From NCBI GenBank assembly GCA_965208125.1, contig OZ242320.1, forward strand, positions 2,112,001-2,176,000: a stretch of 64,000 nt of DNA, given 5' to 3'. A program made the position numbers and the translations under genes. Below are positions 48,698-57,853 of this stretch, in pieces. The notes beneath the pieces were generated by a model. It saw only the letters and a program-made list of their open reading frames with translations. It made no database searches and had not been told where the DNA came from. This stretch comes from Candidatus Latescibacterota bacterium (GTDB lineage Bacteria > Latescibacterota > UBA2968). Position 1 is the first letter of the stretch. Every line of letters starts with the position of its first letter.

Positions 48698-51619
48698 GTG
48701 AGTAATCTTTCCAGAAAATCCTTCCCCATAACGCAGCATATCACCGCGTTGATATGTTTTTTTTTGTCGGGGTTTGCCGGGCTGGTTTACGAAGTTGCCT
48801 GGATACGGCAGGCCGCGCTTTTGTTTGGGTCAACGACCTTTGCGGTGAGCGCAGTTCTATCTGTTTTTTTTCTGGGTCTGGCTATTGGGGCGTATCTTTT
48901 TGGGCGCGTTGGGCAACGGACTTCCCGGCCGCTCATTCTTTTTGGATATGTCGAGATTGGTCTGGGTTTTCTGGCTCTGATCAGTCCTTATGCTTTTGAT
49001 TTTGCAGATTTTCTCTATGGCATCGCGTATAGAATGTTGAGCGATGCTCCCTTCCTGCGGTTCACTACCCGTCTTTTTCTGGTTGCGCTCGTCGTTCTGC
49101 CGCCCACTGTTCTGATGGGCGGTACGCTTCCCCTTTTTTGCCGTCAGTATTCGCGCAATAGCGGTAGAATTGCGCGGGCTGTTGGTCTGCTCTACGGTGT
49201 CAATACCCTGGGAGCTGCGTTGGGGTGCGCGGCTGCGGGGTTTGTTTTTTTGCCGGATCTGGGTTTGCGCGGTGCGATCTATATTGGTGTGGTATGCAAT
49301 ATTCTGAGTGGTGTTGTTGTTCGCGCGCTGTCTATTGCCCGGGAGGATGTGTTTTCCGATTCGACGCAGTCCCGCGGTGTGAGTGGCAAGCTCCCGCGGA
49401 GTGGGGTTGTATTTGTTCTGTTTTTTGCGATTGGTTTTGTGGCTCTGGGCGCCGAGGTGCTGTGGGTGCGGTATCTGGGGCTTCTGATCAATAATACGGT
49501 TTATACTTATACGCTGGCGTTGAGCGTTGTGCTGGTTGGGCTGGTTCTGGGGAGTTTTCTCGCTGCTCAGTTTTCGGATAAGACGGAGATGCGGGCGTAT
49601 TATTTGGGCGCGTTTCAGATTGCGACGGGTCTTGTTGTGCTGGCGCTTTTGATGTTTTCGCCGGAGACATGGCGAGGATTGGGCAGTGATTTGTATATTT
49701 ATTTTGCAGTGCTTTTGCCTCCTGCTGTGTTGGGTGGTGCGGCTTTTCCGCTTGCGATTCGTCTGGTGATTCGCAATGCGGAATATACGTCTGGGATGGC
49801 GGGTAATCTGATTGCGGTGAATACGCTTGGGGGTATTCTCGGGTCTCTTTTGATCGGTTTTTTGGGGATTCCCTTTTTTGGTCTTGAGAAGAGTCTGTTT
49901 TTTATTACGGGCGCGAATCTCGCTATTGGCATTTCTGCATGGTTTTTGCTGGATCGAAGATATCGCGTGTTCAAATATGCGGCTGCGCTGGTTGCCGTTC
50001 TGGTCTATTTGGGTATTCCGTATTTTTCGCAGACGCGAGTGCCTGCGGATTTTATCGGTGAGGGGCGGGATCTCGTGGCGTTCCGAGAGGGTTATGGCGC
50101 GAATATGGCGGTTGTGCGGCGGGAGGATGATCTGGAACTGGAGATTGACCGCTGGTGGCAGGGTGGGAGTAAGAAGAACCATCAGATTATGGCGGCGCAT
50201 GTGCCGATGCTTTTGCATCCGAATCCCAAACGGGTCGTTGTTGTGGGGGCTGGTACGGGGCAGACGATTAGCCGTTTTCTGATGTATCCCATTGATTATC
50301 TGGCGTGTGTGGATATCGAGCCTGCGCTTTTTCCTTTTGTTGAGGAATATTTTGAGACGGAGTGGATGGGGGATCCGCGCGTGGAGATTATCGCTGAAGA
50401 TGGGCGCAATTTTCTGCGCCATACTGCGGCGACTTATGATATTATTTCGCTTGAGCTTGGCGAGGTGTCCCGCCCGGGTGTGGCGTTTTTTTATACGGTT
50501 GATTTCTATGCGCGCGTTCGAGAACGCCTGACGTCAGGTGGGTATCTGGTGCAGTTTGTGCCGCTGCGCTTTCTGACGGAGGACCAGTTCCGCGGTGTTG
50601 TGCGCAGTTTTTTGACTGTTTTTCCGCAGAGTGTTTTGTGGTATAATACGTCTGAGCTTTTGCTTATTGGCTCGGGGGATGATGCGTTTAATATTGCTCA
50701 GGGGAAACTGTTGGGTGTGGATGAGGAGATTCATGCGGATCTTCAATATAGCCACTGGGGCGGGGTGGCGTATTATCTCAATCAGCCGCACGTTTTTTGG
50801 GGTGGTTATTTGATGGGGGCTGAGGGGCTGGCTTCTGCGACGGTTGAGGCGGATACGTATTGGGATGATCGACCGATTCTGGACTACGAGTCGGTTCAGA
50901 ATGCGGAGAGCGATGGGCTTGCGTTTGCAGAGTTGCTGTATAAATATCGGGATTCTATTGATGCGTTGATGCCGGGTGAGGTGGATGCGCGTATTGCGGC
51001 GGTTCAGAGTAAAAATTTAAGGGAGATTGCCGCGCGCGTTTTTGTCCGTGAGGCGTCGGATTTGATTCCCGCGCGAGAACACAGACGGATTGCTACGCTT
51101 TGTGCCGAGGCGATTCGCCGACTTCCCGAATATCTGGAGGCGCATCGCATGTTCGCCGATGCGATGATGCAACTGGGGCGTTTGCAGGATGCCGAAAGAC
51201 ACTATACGCGGGTTTTGGAACTCGATCCGGCAGATGCACGCGCGCTGAATGGACGGGCTGTGGCGTTTCACCGCGCGGGACGGCTTGAAGATGCGGTTCG
51301 CTGCTATGAGAATGCGATTCGCTACCATCCGAATAATGCGCTGTCGCAAAATGGTATCGCTATGGCGCTTCACAGGCTGGGACGTTTTGATGAAGCGATT
51401 CAGCACTACAAGGATGCGATTCGCTTGCATCCGGATAGGCCCGATACGTATGCCGACCTGGGCATGGCGCTGGCACAGGCGGGGAGGTTGCGAGAGGCTG
51501 TTCCCTATTTGGAGAAGGCGCTCGCACTGCGGTCGAATTTTACACGGGTGCAGCGGGTTCTCGCGCAGATACGAAGAGAAGTGGAGAGTGAGAATAGTGA
51601 AGGAGGAAGTGTGAAATGA
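48698..51619 (+). CDS. Fused membrane/spermidine synthase-like methyltransferase with C-terminal TPRs
   Basis: LSGFAGLVYEVAW, VVGAGTG, EDGRNFL, TPR repeats. Confidence 0.88.
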   Translation: MSNLSRKSFPITQHITALICFFLSGFAGLVYEVAWIRQAALLFGSTTFAVSAVLSVFFLGLAIGAYLFGRVGQRTSRPLILFGYVEIGLGFLALISPYAFDFADFLYGIAYRMLSDAPFLRFTTRLFLVALVVLPPTVLMGGTLPLFCRQYSRNSGRIARAVGLLYGVNTLGAALGCAAAGFVFLPDLGLRGAIYIGVVCNILSGVVVRALSIAREDVFSDSTQSRGVSGKLPRSGVVFVLFFAIGFVALGAEVLWVRYLGLLINNTVYTYTLALSVVLVGLVLGSFLAAQFSDKTEMRAYYLGAFQIATGLVVLALLMFSPETWRGLGSDLYIYFAVLLPPAVLGGAAFPLAIRLVIRNAEYTSGMAGNLIAVNTLGGILGSLLIGFLGIPFFGLEKSLFFITGANLAIGISAWFLLDRRYRVFKYAAALVAVLVYLGIPYFSQTRVPADFIGEGRDLVAFREGYGANMAVVRREDDLELEIDRWWQGGSKKNHQIMAAHVPMLLHPNPKRVVVVGAGTGQTISRFLMYPIDYLACVDIEPALFPFVEEYFETEWMGDPRVEIIAEDGRNFLRHTAATYDIISLELGEVSRPGVAFFYTVDFYARVRERLTSGGYLVQFVPLRFLTEDQFRGVVRSFLTVFPQSVLWYNTSELLLIGSGDDAFNIAQGKLLGVDEEIHADLQYSHWGGVAYYLNQPHVFWGGYLMGAEGLASATVEADTYWDDRPILDYESVQNAESDGLAFAELLYKYRDSIDALMPGEVDARIAAVQSKNLREIAARVFVREASDLIPAREHRRIATLCAEAIRRLPEYLEAHRMFADAMMQLGRLQDAERHYTRVLELDPADARALNGRAVAFHRAGRLEDAVRCYENAIRYHPNNALSQNGIAMALHRLGRFDEAIQHYKDAIRLHPDRPDTYADLGMALAQAGRLREAVPYLEKALALRSNFTRVQRVLAQIRREVESENSEGGSVK

Positions 51620-51700
51620 GAAGTGTGAAGGAGGAAGTGTGAAGTACCTGCCTTTGGGTGGTAGGGGTGGGCCTTCTTACTTCTACCTTTTCACTTCTAA
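51588..51700. repeat. Heptamer array, spacer, inverted heptamer array (second copy)
   Basis: ~8 NNNNGAA units; spacer resembles 17941-17968; inverted TTC units from 51674. Confidence 0.7.
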
Positions 51701-51720
51701 ACTTCAACAAGGAGGGCTTT

Positions 51721-52674
51721 ATGTCCAAATTTATCTGTTTTCTGTTCGTTGTTTTGCTGTTTCAATCTGTTGATGCGCAACAACCACAACAGCCACAACA
51801 AAACCAACGCCGGCAAAACACAATCACCGTGGAGCGAATTATGGAACAGGTACCCGAAGGTGTGACTTTTATTCCCGATATTGCTTACCGCGAGGGCAAC
51901 GAGGCCTGGAAACTCGATCTCGCTATGCCGACAGAGCGCGGCGAGTCTCCCCGTCCAGCCCTTGTTTTTATCCACGGGGGGGGATGGAGAGGTGGGGATA
52001 AACGCCGGGGAGGTTTTCTTCGTCCTACTATCAGCTATGCCGCTAAGGGCTATGTTTGTGTGACGGTCAACTATCGGATGCTTGATGAAGCGCCTATTAC
52101 CGCGTGTGTTGAGGATGTGAAGAATGCGGTGCGCTGGCTGCGCGCCCATGCCGAGGAGTACAATATTGATCCGGAACGAATTGGCGCGAGTGGAAATTCC
52201 GCTGGCGCGCATCTGGCTGTTATGCTGGGTGTTTGTCCTCCTTCAGCCGGTCTGGAAGGCGATGGGCCTTACCAGGAGTATTCCAGTATGGTTCAGGCTG
52301 TTGTCGCGAGTGCTACACCTACCGACTTCCTGTCTGTTATGGGTGACCGCCAACGCAATCAGCAGCGAGCACGTCCTCCTCGCAAAAACGAGCTTAGACT
52401 GGAGTCCGAAGAGGTTCGCGCCAAAGCCTCTCCTGTGACTTATGCCTCGGCCGATGCGCCACCTATTTTGCTCATTCATGCAATATCTGATCGCACGGTT
52501 GGTGTCTATCATTCGGATAAGTTGGTCAGCGCGCTGCGAGAAGCCGGTGCCAAGAATGTCAGTTATATTCTCTTGGGCGACGAGAGTGGACACGGTGCTT
52601 TTCAGCGCAATATTGCGTTTACCGAGCCTGCCCGTGAAGCGTTTTTTAATCGTGTGTTGAAACCAGGAGAATAA
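51721..52674 (+). CDS. Exported alpha/beta hydrolase (esterase)
   Basis: Signal peptide, HGGGW, GNSAG, D and H. Confidence 0.9.
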   Translation: MSKFICFLFVVLLFQSVDAQQPQQPQQNQRRQNTITVERIMEQVPEGVTFIPDIAYREGNEAWKLDLAMPTERGESPRPALVFIHGGGWRGGDKRRGGFLRPTISYAAKGYVCVTVNYRMLDEAPITACVEDVKNAVRWLRAHAEEYNIDPERIGASGNSAGAHLAVMLGVCPPSAGLEGDGPYQEYSSMVQAVVASATPTDFLSVMGDRQRNQQRARPPRKNELRLESEEVRAKASPVTYASADAPPILLIHAISDRTVGVYHSDKLVSALREAGAKNVSYILLGDESGHGAFQRNIAFTEPAREAFFNRVLKPGE

Positions 52675-52675
52675 G

Positions 52676-53992
52676 ATGAAGTCTCTTTCCGAACTTGAAG
52701 AGCGGGTGGCTGGTGCTCAGCCGGGTAATGTTATTACGCTGGCCGATGGCGTGTATGATGGTGAAAGGTGCAAGCTCGCGGCGAGGGGGACTGCGGATCA
52801 GCCGATTGTTATCCGGGCGGAGAATATGGGGCGGGCGGTTATAAAGGCGCCGTTGTTGTTGGTGGGGGATTATATCAATCTTGTGGGGTTTCACTTTGTG
52901 GCGAAGGGGAGTGTGGAGATTCGGGGACGGGGTTGTCGCATAAGTCGTTGTGTGATGACGGATGTTCAGGTTGGCAAGTGGATACGGGTGAGGGCAGAGA
53001 GCCGGGAGGTTGAGATTGATCGCTGTCGGTTTGAGAATAAGACCAATAATCTCGAGGAGACGCGCGGCTGTCAGTTGATGCAGATTTACGTTCGGAATCA
53101 GGGCGAGAGGCACCGTGTTCATCACAATTTTTTTGTGGATGTTCCGGATGGCAAGGAGAGCAATGGGTACGAGACGCTTCAGCTTATTACAGAGGGGAAT
53201 CCGTACGATCCGGAGCCGGGCGATTGTGAGACGGTGATTGAGTACAATCTTTTTGAGCGTTGTAGTGGGGAGGCGGAGATTATTTCTGTGAAGTCCAATG
53301 GCAATATTCTCCGCAGAAATACGTTTCGCGATTGCCGGGGGGCGCTGGTGCTTCGGCATGGGGATGGCAATGTGGTGTCTGAGAATTTCTTTTTTGGCGA
53401 GGGCGAACGCCGAGCGGGCGGTGTGCGCTTGCAGGGGACAGATCAGGTTGTTGTGAATAATTTGTTCCACTCGCTCAATGCGTTTGGCGTGGGTATGATG
53501 GATGGGGCATCGGATGATCTCTATGTGCGGGTGGAGCGTGCGCTGGTTGCGTTTAATACGTTTGTGGGATGTAGCCCGGCGATGGTTGTGGGGCTAAATC
53601 ACAGCAGGTATCCCAATGGTACGGCGCCTGAAGATTGCGTGATTGCGAATAATGCTTTTGTGAGATCCGATGGGACTGTGCGGCTGGTGCAGGACGATGA
53701 GCCAGTGGATTGGACATGGGAAGGGAATGTGACGGATGGGGATTTGGGTATGCCCGCTCGGGATGGGATAAAAACTGGGCGGGTCGATGTGGCGTATCTG
53801 CCCAATGGGGTTGTTGCGCCAGCAGAGTCCAGTGGTCTGATTGGTAATGCGGAGGGGCGTTATCCAGAGATTACGACAGATGTTCTGGGGCATTCACGAG
53901 GCGAGCGAAAGACGATTGGTTGCGTTGAGTTTCCAACGGGGATGGAGGACGGGGGTCCTTTAACCGCGGCAGATGTGGGGCCTGGGTGGTAG
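52676..53992 (+). CDS. Polysaccharide lyase family 6 (chondroitinase B/alginate lyase-like)
   Basis: PGNVITLADGVY, NGYETLQ, EIISVKS, LVLRHG. Confidence 0.88.
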   Translation: MKSLSELEERVAGAQPGNVITLADGVYDGERCKLAARGTADQPIVIRAENMGRAVIKAPLLLVGDYINLVGFHFVAKGSVEIRGRGCRISRCVMTDVQVGKWIRVRAESREVEIDRCRFENKTNNLEETRGCQLMQIYVRNQGERHRVHHNFFVDVPDGKESNGYETLQLITEGNPYDPEPGDCETVIEYNLFERCSGEAEIISVKSNGNILRRNTFRDCRGALVLRHGDGNVVSENFFFGEGERRAGGVRLQGTDQVVVNNLFHSLNAFGVGMMDGASDDLYVRVERALVAFNTFVGCSPAMVVGLNHSRYPNGTAPEDCVIANNAFVRSDGTVRLVQDDEPVDWTWEGNVTDGDLGMPARDGIKTGRVDVAYLPNGVVAPAESSGLIGNAEGRYPEITTDVLGHSRGERKTIGCVEFPTGMEDGGPLTAADVGPGW

Positions 53993-53997
53993 GGATG

Positions 53998-54300
53998 TTA
54001 ATCAATAGAGACGACGAGGTTCAAATTTTCTTTTCGCAACATATCTTGTAGTGCAAGTTGAACCCAAAAGCTTTCTGGCTCGCCGAGTTGTCTGGCAATT
54101 TTGGCTGCTCTGCTGGGGCTTGGGATTCTTCTTTCTTTTTCTATATCACAAAGACTTTGAGGCGAAATGCCCAAAAAATCAGCAAATGCTCTCTGGCTCT
54201 TTTCTTCTCCTGTTCGATAGCTGGCCAAGGCATTTCCAAATGTGAGACATCCAAAGTCTCTCTCCAGTTCAGAAGTTCCGTATTGTGCTTTAGTAATCAT
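53998..54300 (-). CDS. XRE HTH protein (HigA-like), no adjacent toxin
   Basis: SQRAFADFLGISPQSLCDIEKERR..WVQL. Confidence 0.85.
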   Translation of the reverse strand: MITKAQYGTSELERDFGCLTFGNALASYRTGEEKSQRAFADFLGISPQSLCDIEKERRIPSPSRAAKIARQLGEPESFWVQLALQDMLRKENLNLVVSID

Positions 54301-54474
54301 GTTTATTGATCTCCTCAATTCCCAAATCATACGTCAAAATGACGTATGCATCAAGTTCAACCTGCCTTGATATGTTTTGAAATGCGGTTGACAATATCGC
54401 GGTTGTTGCTACATTTTTTGGCGGTCAGAAATCGTTTTTATACTGAATAGTATGGATATAGTAGGAGATAGCGC

Positions 54475-54687
54475 GTGGAAAAATTATCACGGATTACTTT
54501 CGATCCCGAGGTCATGGGTGGCAAGGCATGTATTCGGGGACTGCGGGTGACGGTTGGAACTGTCGTGGGGCTTCTGGCAGCCAGTCGGTCACATGAGGAA
54601 ATATTAAAAGCCTATCCTTATCTTGAACCAGAAGATATCGATCAAGCTCTGGCTTATGCGCGGGGCGAAGAAATACTTTCGAGATGA
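54475..54687 (+). CDS. DUF433 protein
   Basis: DPEVMGGKACIRGLRVTV..YPYLEPEDIDQAL. Confidence 0.9.
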   Translation: MEKLSRITFDPEVMGGKACIRGLRVTVGTVVGLLAASRSHEEILKAYPYLEPEDIDQALAYARGEEILSR

Positions 54688-54707
54688 GCGGGCTAAGGAG
54701 TCAAGCC

Positions 54708-54935
54708 ATGGTGTGCGATATATGTGGGAAGGCGGGGGTGCGCCAGCGTTACGTTTCACGTAGTTATGGGAAAGGCGCATCTCTTCTTGTTATCGAAGGT
54801 GTGCCTGTGATGCGTTGTCCCCATTGTGGCGAGAGCTATTTGACAGCACAAACCCTGCATGAAGTTGAGCGCATTAAGCGCGAGCGAGAAGGCATTGCGA
54901 CTAAACGCACCGTAGCGGTTGCTGCATTTGTATAA
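54708..54935 (+). CDS. YgiT/MqsA-type zinc finger protein
   Basis: CDICG...VPVMRCPHCGESY; AAGGAG RBS. Confidence 0.85.
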   Translation: MVCDICGKAGVRQRYVSRSYGKGASLLVIEGVPVMRCPHCGESYLTAQTLHEVERIKREREGIATKRTVAVAAFV

Positions 54936-55047
54936 TTCGCAGTGAGCTACATTTCAACCTCTGGTAAGCACTGAGGTATGTTTTAAAATGTGAAGAATAC
55001 AAGCGTCAGTCCATCGCACCAACCTATTCTGGACTTGACCCGTTTTG

Positions 55048-55155
55048 GATGCTGTTGCCGAATTGGTCGAGAAGGATCTGTGGTTGTAAAAACGGCTGTT
55101 TGTAGCCTGAATACAAGCTCTTTATGGACAGAATTCGGAATTCGGCAACAGCATC
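55048..55155. mobile_element. 108-bp MITE nested in the IS3 left IR
   Basis: Perfect 17-bp TIR GATGCTGTTGCCGAATT; 6-bp TSD GTTTTG. Confidence 0.85.
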
Positions 55156-55198
55156 GTTTTGGTGGGTACCTTATCAGTAATCAGAAAGGAGCCCCACT

Positions 55199-55510
55199 AT
55201 GCCCCCAACACGTCCACCTTATCCAGCCGAGTTGAAGCGCCAAATCATCGAGCTTGTGCGCGCTGGCCGCTCTCCAGCCGAGTTGGCCAGAGAGTTCGAG
55301 CCAACCGCTCAGACGATCCAAAACTGGATTCGCCAAGCTGATCGAGATGAGGGACTTCGAGAAGACGGCCTGACCAGTGATGAACGAGAAGAGTTGCGTC
55401 GTCTTCGACGCGAGAACAAGCAGTTGCGCATCGAGCGCGAGATACTCTCAAAAGCAGCGGCCTGGTTCGCAGCGGAGACCGACGCGATCCCCAGCAAATC
55501 TTCGCGTTAA
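55199..55510 (+). CDS. IS3 transposase OrfA
   Basis: YPAELKRQII..TIQNW..ELRRLRRENKQLRIEREILSKA. Confidence 0.9.
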   Translation: MPPTRPPYPAELKRQIIELVRAGRSPAELAREFEPTAQTIQNWIRQADRDEGLREDGLTSDEREELRRLRRENKQLRIEREILSKAAAWFAAETDAIPSKSSR

Positions 55511-56359
55511 TAAAAGCGCATCAGGCACTTTGGCCTATCGCCACGCAATGCCGAGTCCTGGGTGTCTCCCTCAGTGGGTATTATGCTTGGCGAGCACGTC
55601 CACCCTCTAAACGAGCAAAGGTTGATGTGGACCTGAAGAAGCATATCAAAGCCTTTCATACCCGATCAGATGGTACTTATGGTGCCCCTCGCATCTTTAA
55701 AGACCTGATGGATGTGGGCATCCTTGTAGGCAAGAAGCGCGTAGCACGCCTGATGCGTGAGATGGGCATTTGTGGCATCAGCCGCAGAAAGAGCACGCAA
55801 ACGACTCGTAAGGCGCAACAGTCTGATAAGGCTCCCGATCTGGTAAAGCGAGACTTTAATGTGCCAACGATCAATAAACTCTGGGTGGCTGACATCACCT
55901 ATGTACCTACCTGGTCTGGCTTCTTGTATCGAACGTGTTGTCATGGATGCCTTCTCTGGCCGCGTCGTGGGTTGGGCAATGGCGAGCCACTTGCAAAGTG
56001 AGTTAGTCTTATCGGCTTTAAATATGGCCCTTTACCAGCGTCGCCCACAAAGTGTGATCCACCATTCTGATCAGGGAGCGCAATATACCTCGATAGCATT
56101 TGGAAAGCGTTGCCGTGAAGCTGGCGTGCGTCCCTCAATGGGGGCTGCTGGCGACTGCTATGACAACGCCTTATGCGAGAGCTTCTTCGCCACCTTGGAG
56201 TGTGAACTGATCAATCGCCGGTCCTTCCGTACGCACAAGGAAGCGCGGTTAGCTATCTTCTCCTACATTGAAGGATGGTATAATCCGCATCGCAGGCATT
56301 CTTCCATTGCCTACCATGCCCCGATAGCTTATGAAAAACTGCATCTATCACAGGCTTGA
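55498..56359 (+). pseudogene. IS3 transposase OrfB (DDE), frameshifted near 55930
   Basis: WVADITY in one frame; HHSDQGAQY and DNALCESFF in the next. Confidence 0.88.
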
Positions 56360-56400
56360 TACACAAGCCCTAAACTCTCCACCGAAGCGGGGTAACTCCA

Positions 56401-56587
56401 CTTCTTGGAGCCTCGCTGTCTCGTCTCGAATATTTTGGTTTTTCAACAAAAGGTCGGCTTCTGTTTTTTTCAGCCCCTGTACCTCTTTATCAAATCGCGC
56501 TACTTCGGATTCAATATCGATAATTGGCTGATATTTTTTCAGATCTTTTTTGGCTGCCAAAAGTGCCTTCAAAATCAGAACGCACAA
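56401..56587 (-). pseudogene. Coiled-coil gene fragment truncated by IS3
   Basis: KKYQPIIDIESEVARF.. frame runs into the IRR. Confidence 0.45.
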
Positions 56588-56703
56588 ATAATCAAATCTT
56601 TTCCGGGAGTTTCCATATTACGCGCCGGAATGTTTTGAAATGCGGTTGACAATATCGCCTCGTTGTGACACCTTTTGTTTTTTGGTGTAATAGATGTTGC
56701 GCA

Positions 56704-56940
56704 GTACTTCAGATAAGGCATTACAAAACGCACTCTCATAAAGTGCTATCAATTAAAGCCATTATGCACAGCGCGTGAGTCCGTCTCGCAGCGGATGTCC
56801 TTGTGGTACCCCAACAGTGAAGGCCATTGTATAGCGTATTATCACAGAAACGATTTGTGCTGTGCCAGCCCCTCGGCGTTTGAGAGCGGCATTTTTTGCC
56901 TACTTTTTGTTGCTGATGACAAAAAGTAGGTCGCCGAAGG
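56704..56940 (+). repeat. Dispersed structured non-coding element, copy 2
   Basis: Similar to 1218-1434 with compensatory stem changes. Confidence 0.8.
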
Positions 56941-57082
56941 CAGAACAAAGATAAAAGAGGTGGAATTATCACTAACGCTTTCGACAAGATTCCCAATCTT
57001 TTCACAAGCGTGCGTAACGTTATGATCAGGTACAATGCTCTGATGTGTATGTGCTGGCTCTCACCCGTACAAAGGCAATATC

Positions 57083-57673
57083 ATGACGACGGTTTTTATT
57101 GGTGGTTCTCGTGGCATCACACGCTTGAACGACACCATCAGGTACACAGCGGATAACATCATGCGTCAGCGTTTTGCTATTGTCATCGGCGATGCAAATG
57201 GTGCTGATAAGGCGGTACAGAGCTATTTCGCAGAAAAAGCATATCGGGATGTTATCGTCTATTGTATGGGTGACCACTGTCGGAACAATGTGGGAAGTTG
57301 GCCAGTAGAACAGATATATGCAGATAATCATATAAAGGACTTTGCATACTACACAACGAAGGATGCAAAGATGGCTCAAGTAGCGTCCTATGGCTTCATG
57401 ATCTGGGATGGAAAGAGCAAGGGAACCCTGAACAATATTCTCAACTTATTGCAGCTACAGAAGAAGATCCTGGTCTATTTTTCACCCGATAAATCTTGTT
57501 ATAAGCTCAAATCATCCAAAGATCTTACTGCACTCTTAAAAAAGTGCAGCATCGATATGAGAGAAATGTTCAAACTTCGGAACTTGCGAAACAGGAAGCA
57601 TGTGATTAAAGGCGATCCCGAGGATCTGGTTCATATCACCTGGGACAAGGCGGTGAATATTGATCTACCTTGA
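57083..57673 (+). CDS. SLOG/Rossmann-like hypothetical protein with an apparently chimeric C-terminal tail
   Basis: VFIGGSR, IGDANGAD, WDGKSKGT. Confidence 0.7.
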   Translation: MTTVFIGGSRGITRLNDTIRYTADNIMRQRFAIVIGDANGADKAVQSYFAEKAYRDVIVYCMGDHCRNNVGSWPVEQIYADNHIKDFAYYTTKDAKMAQVASYGFMIWDGKSKGTLNNILNLLQLQKKILVYFSPDKSCYKLKSSKDLTALLKKCSIDMREMFKLRNLRNRKHVIKGDPEDLVHITWDKAVNIDLP

Positions 57674-57853
57674 TGTTTTGAAATGCGGTTGACAAAAGCG
57701 TATGTGTTAAATTATTGACACGTACGCTTTTTTTTTAAGTTGCGCATCCCTGAAATAAATATCCTCAACAACCGAATTGCGGTTGACAATCTCGCTTTGT
57801 TGCTACATTGTTTGTTTTTGAGGATTATTCAAATACCAGACAAAGGACAACAC

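Larger units (their letters stand above)
55030..56400 (+). mobile_element. IS3-family insertion sequence, decayed
   Basis: TG...CA ends; reconstructed IRL TGGACTTGACCCGTTTTGGTGG vs IRR TGGAGTTACCCCGCTTCGGTGG; orfA and orfB. Confidence 0.92.
54372..57809 (+). repeat. Four copies of a promoter-containing repeat at 54372, 56630, 57673 and (partial) 57778
   Basis: ATGTTTTGAAATGCGGTTGACAA identical in three copies. Confidence 0.85.

Noticed and set aside
55020-56410. Target-site duplication around IS3
   Set aside because: Left flank ..ATTC and right flank CTTC.. do not form a direct repeat
56900-56930. Hammerhead-like CTGATGA in the structured element
   Set aside because: Absent from copy 1, and no correctly placed GAAA or three-way junction
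54372-57809. CRISPR array or classical integron
   Set aside because: Spacing is 0.1-2.3 kb and irregular, the repeat is not an attC-type palindrome, and there is no intI
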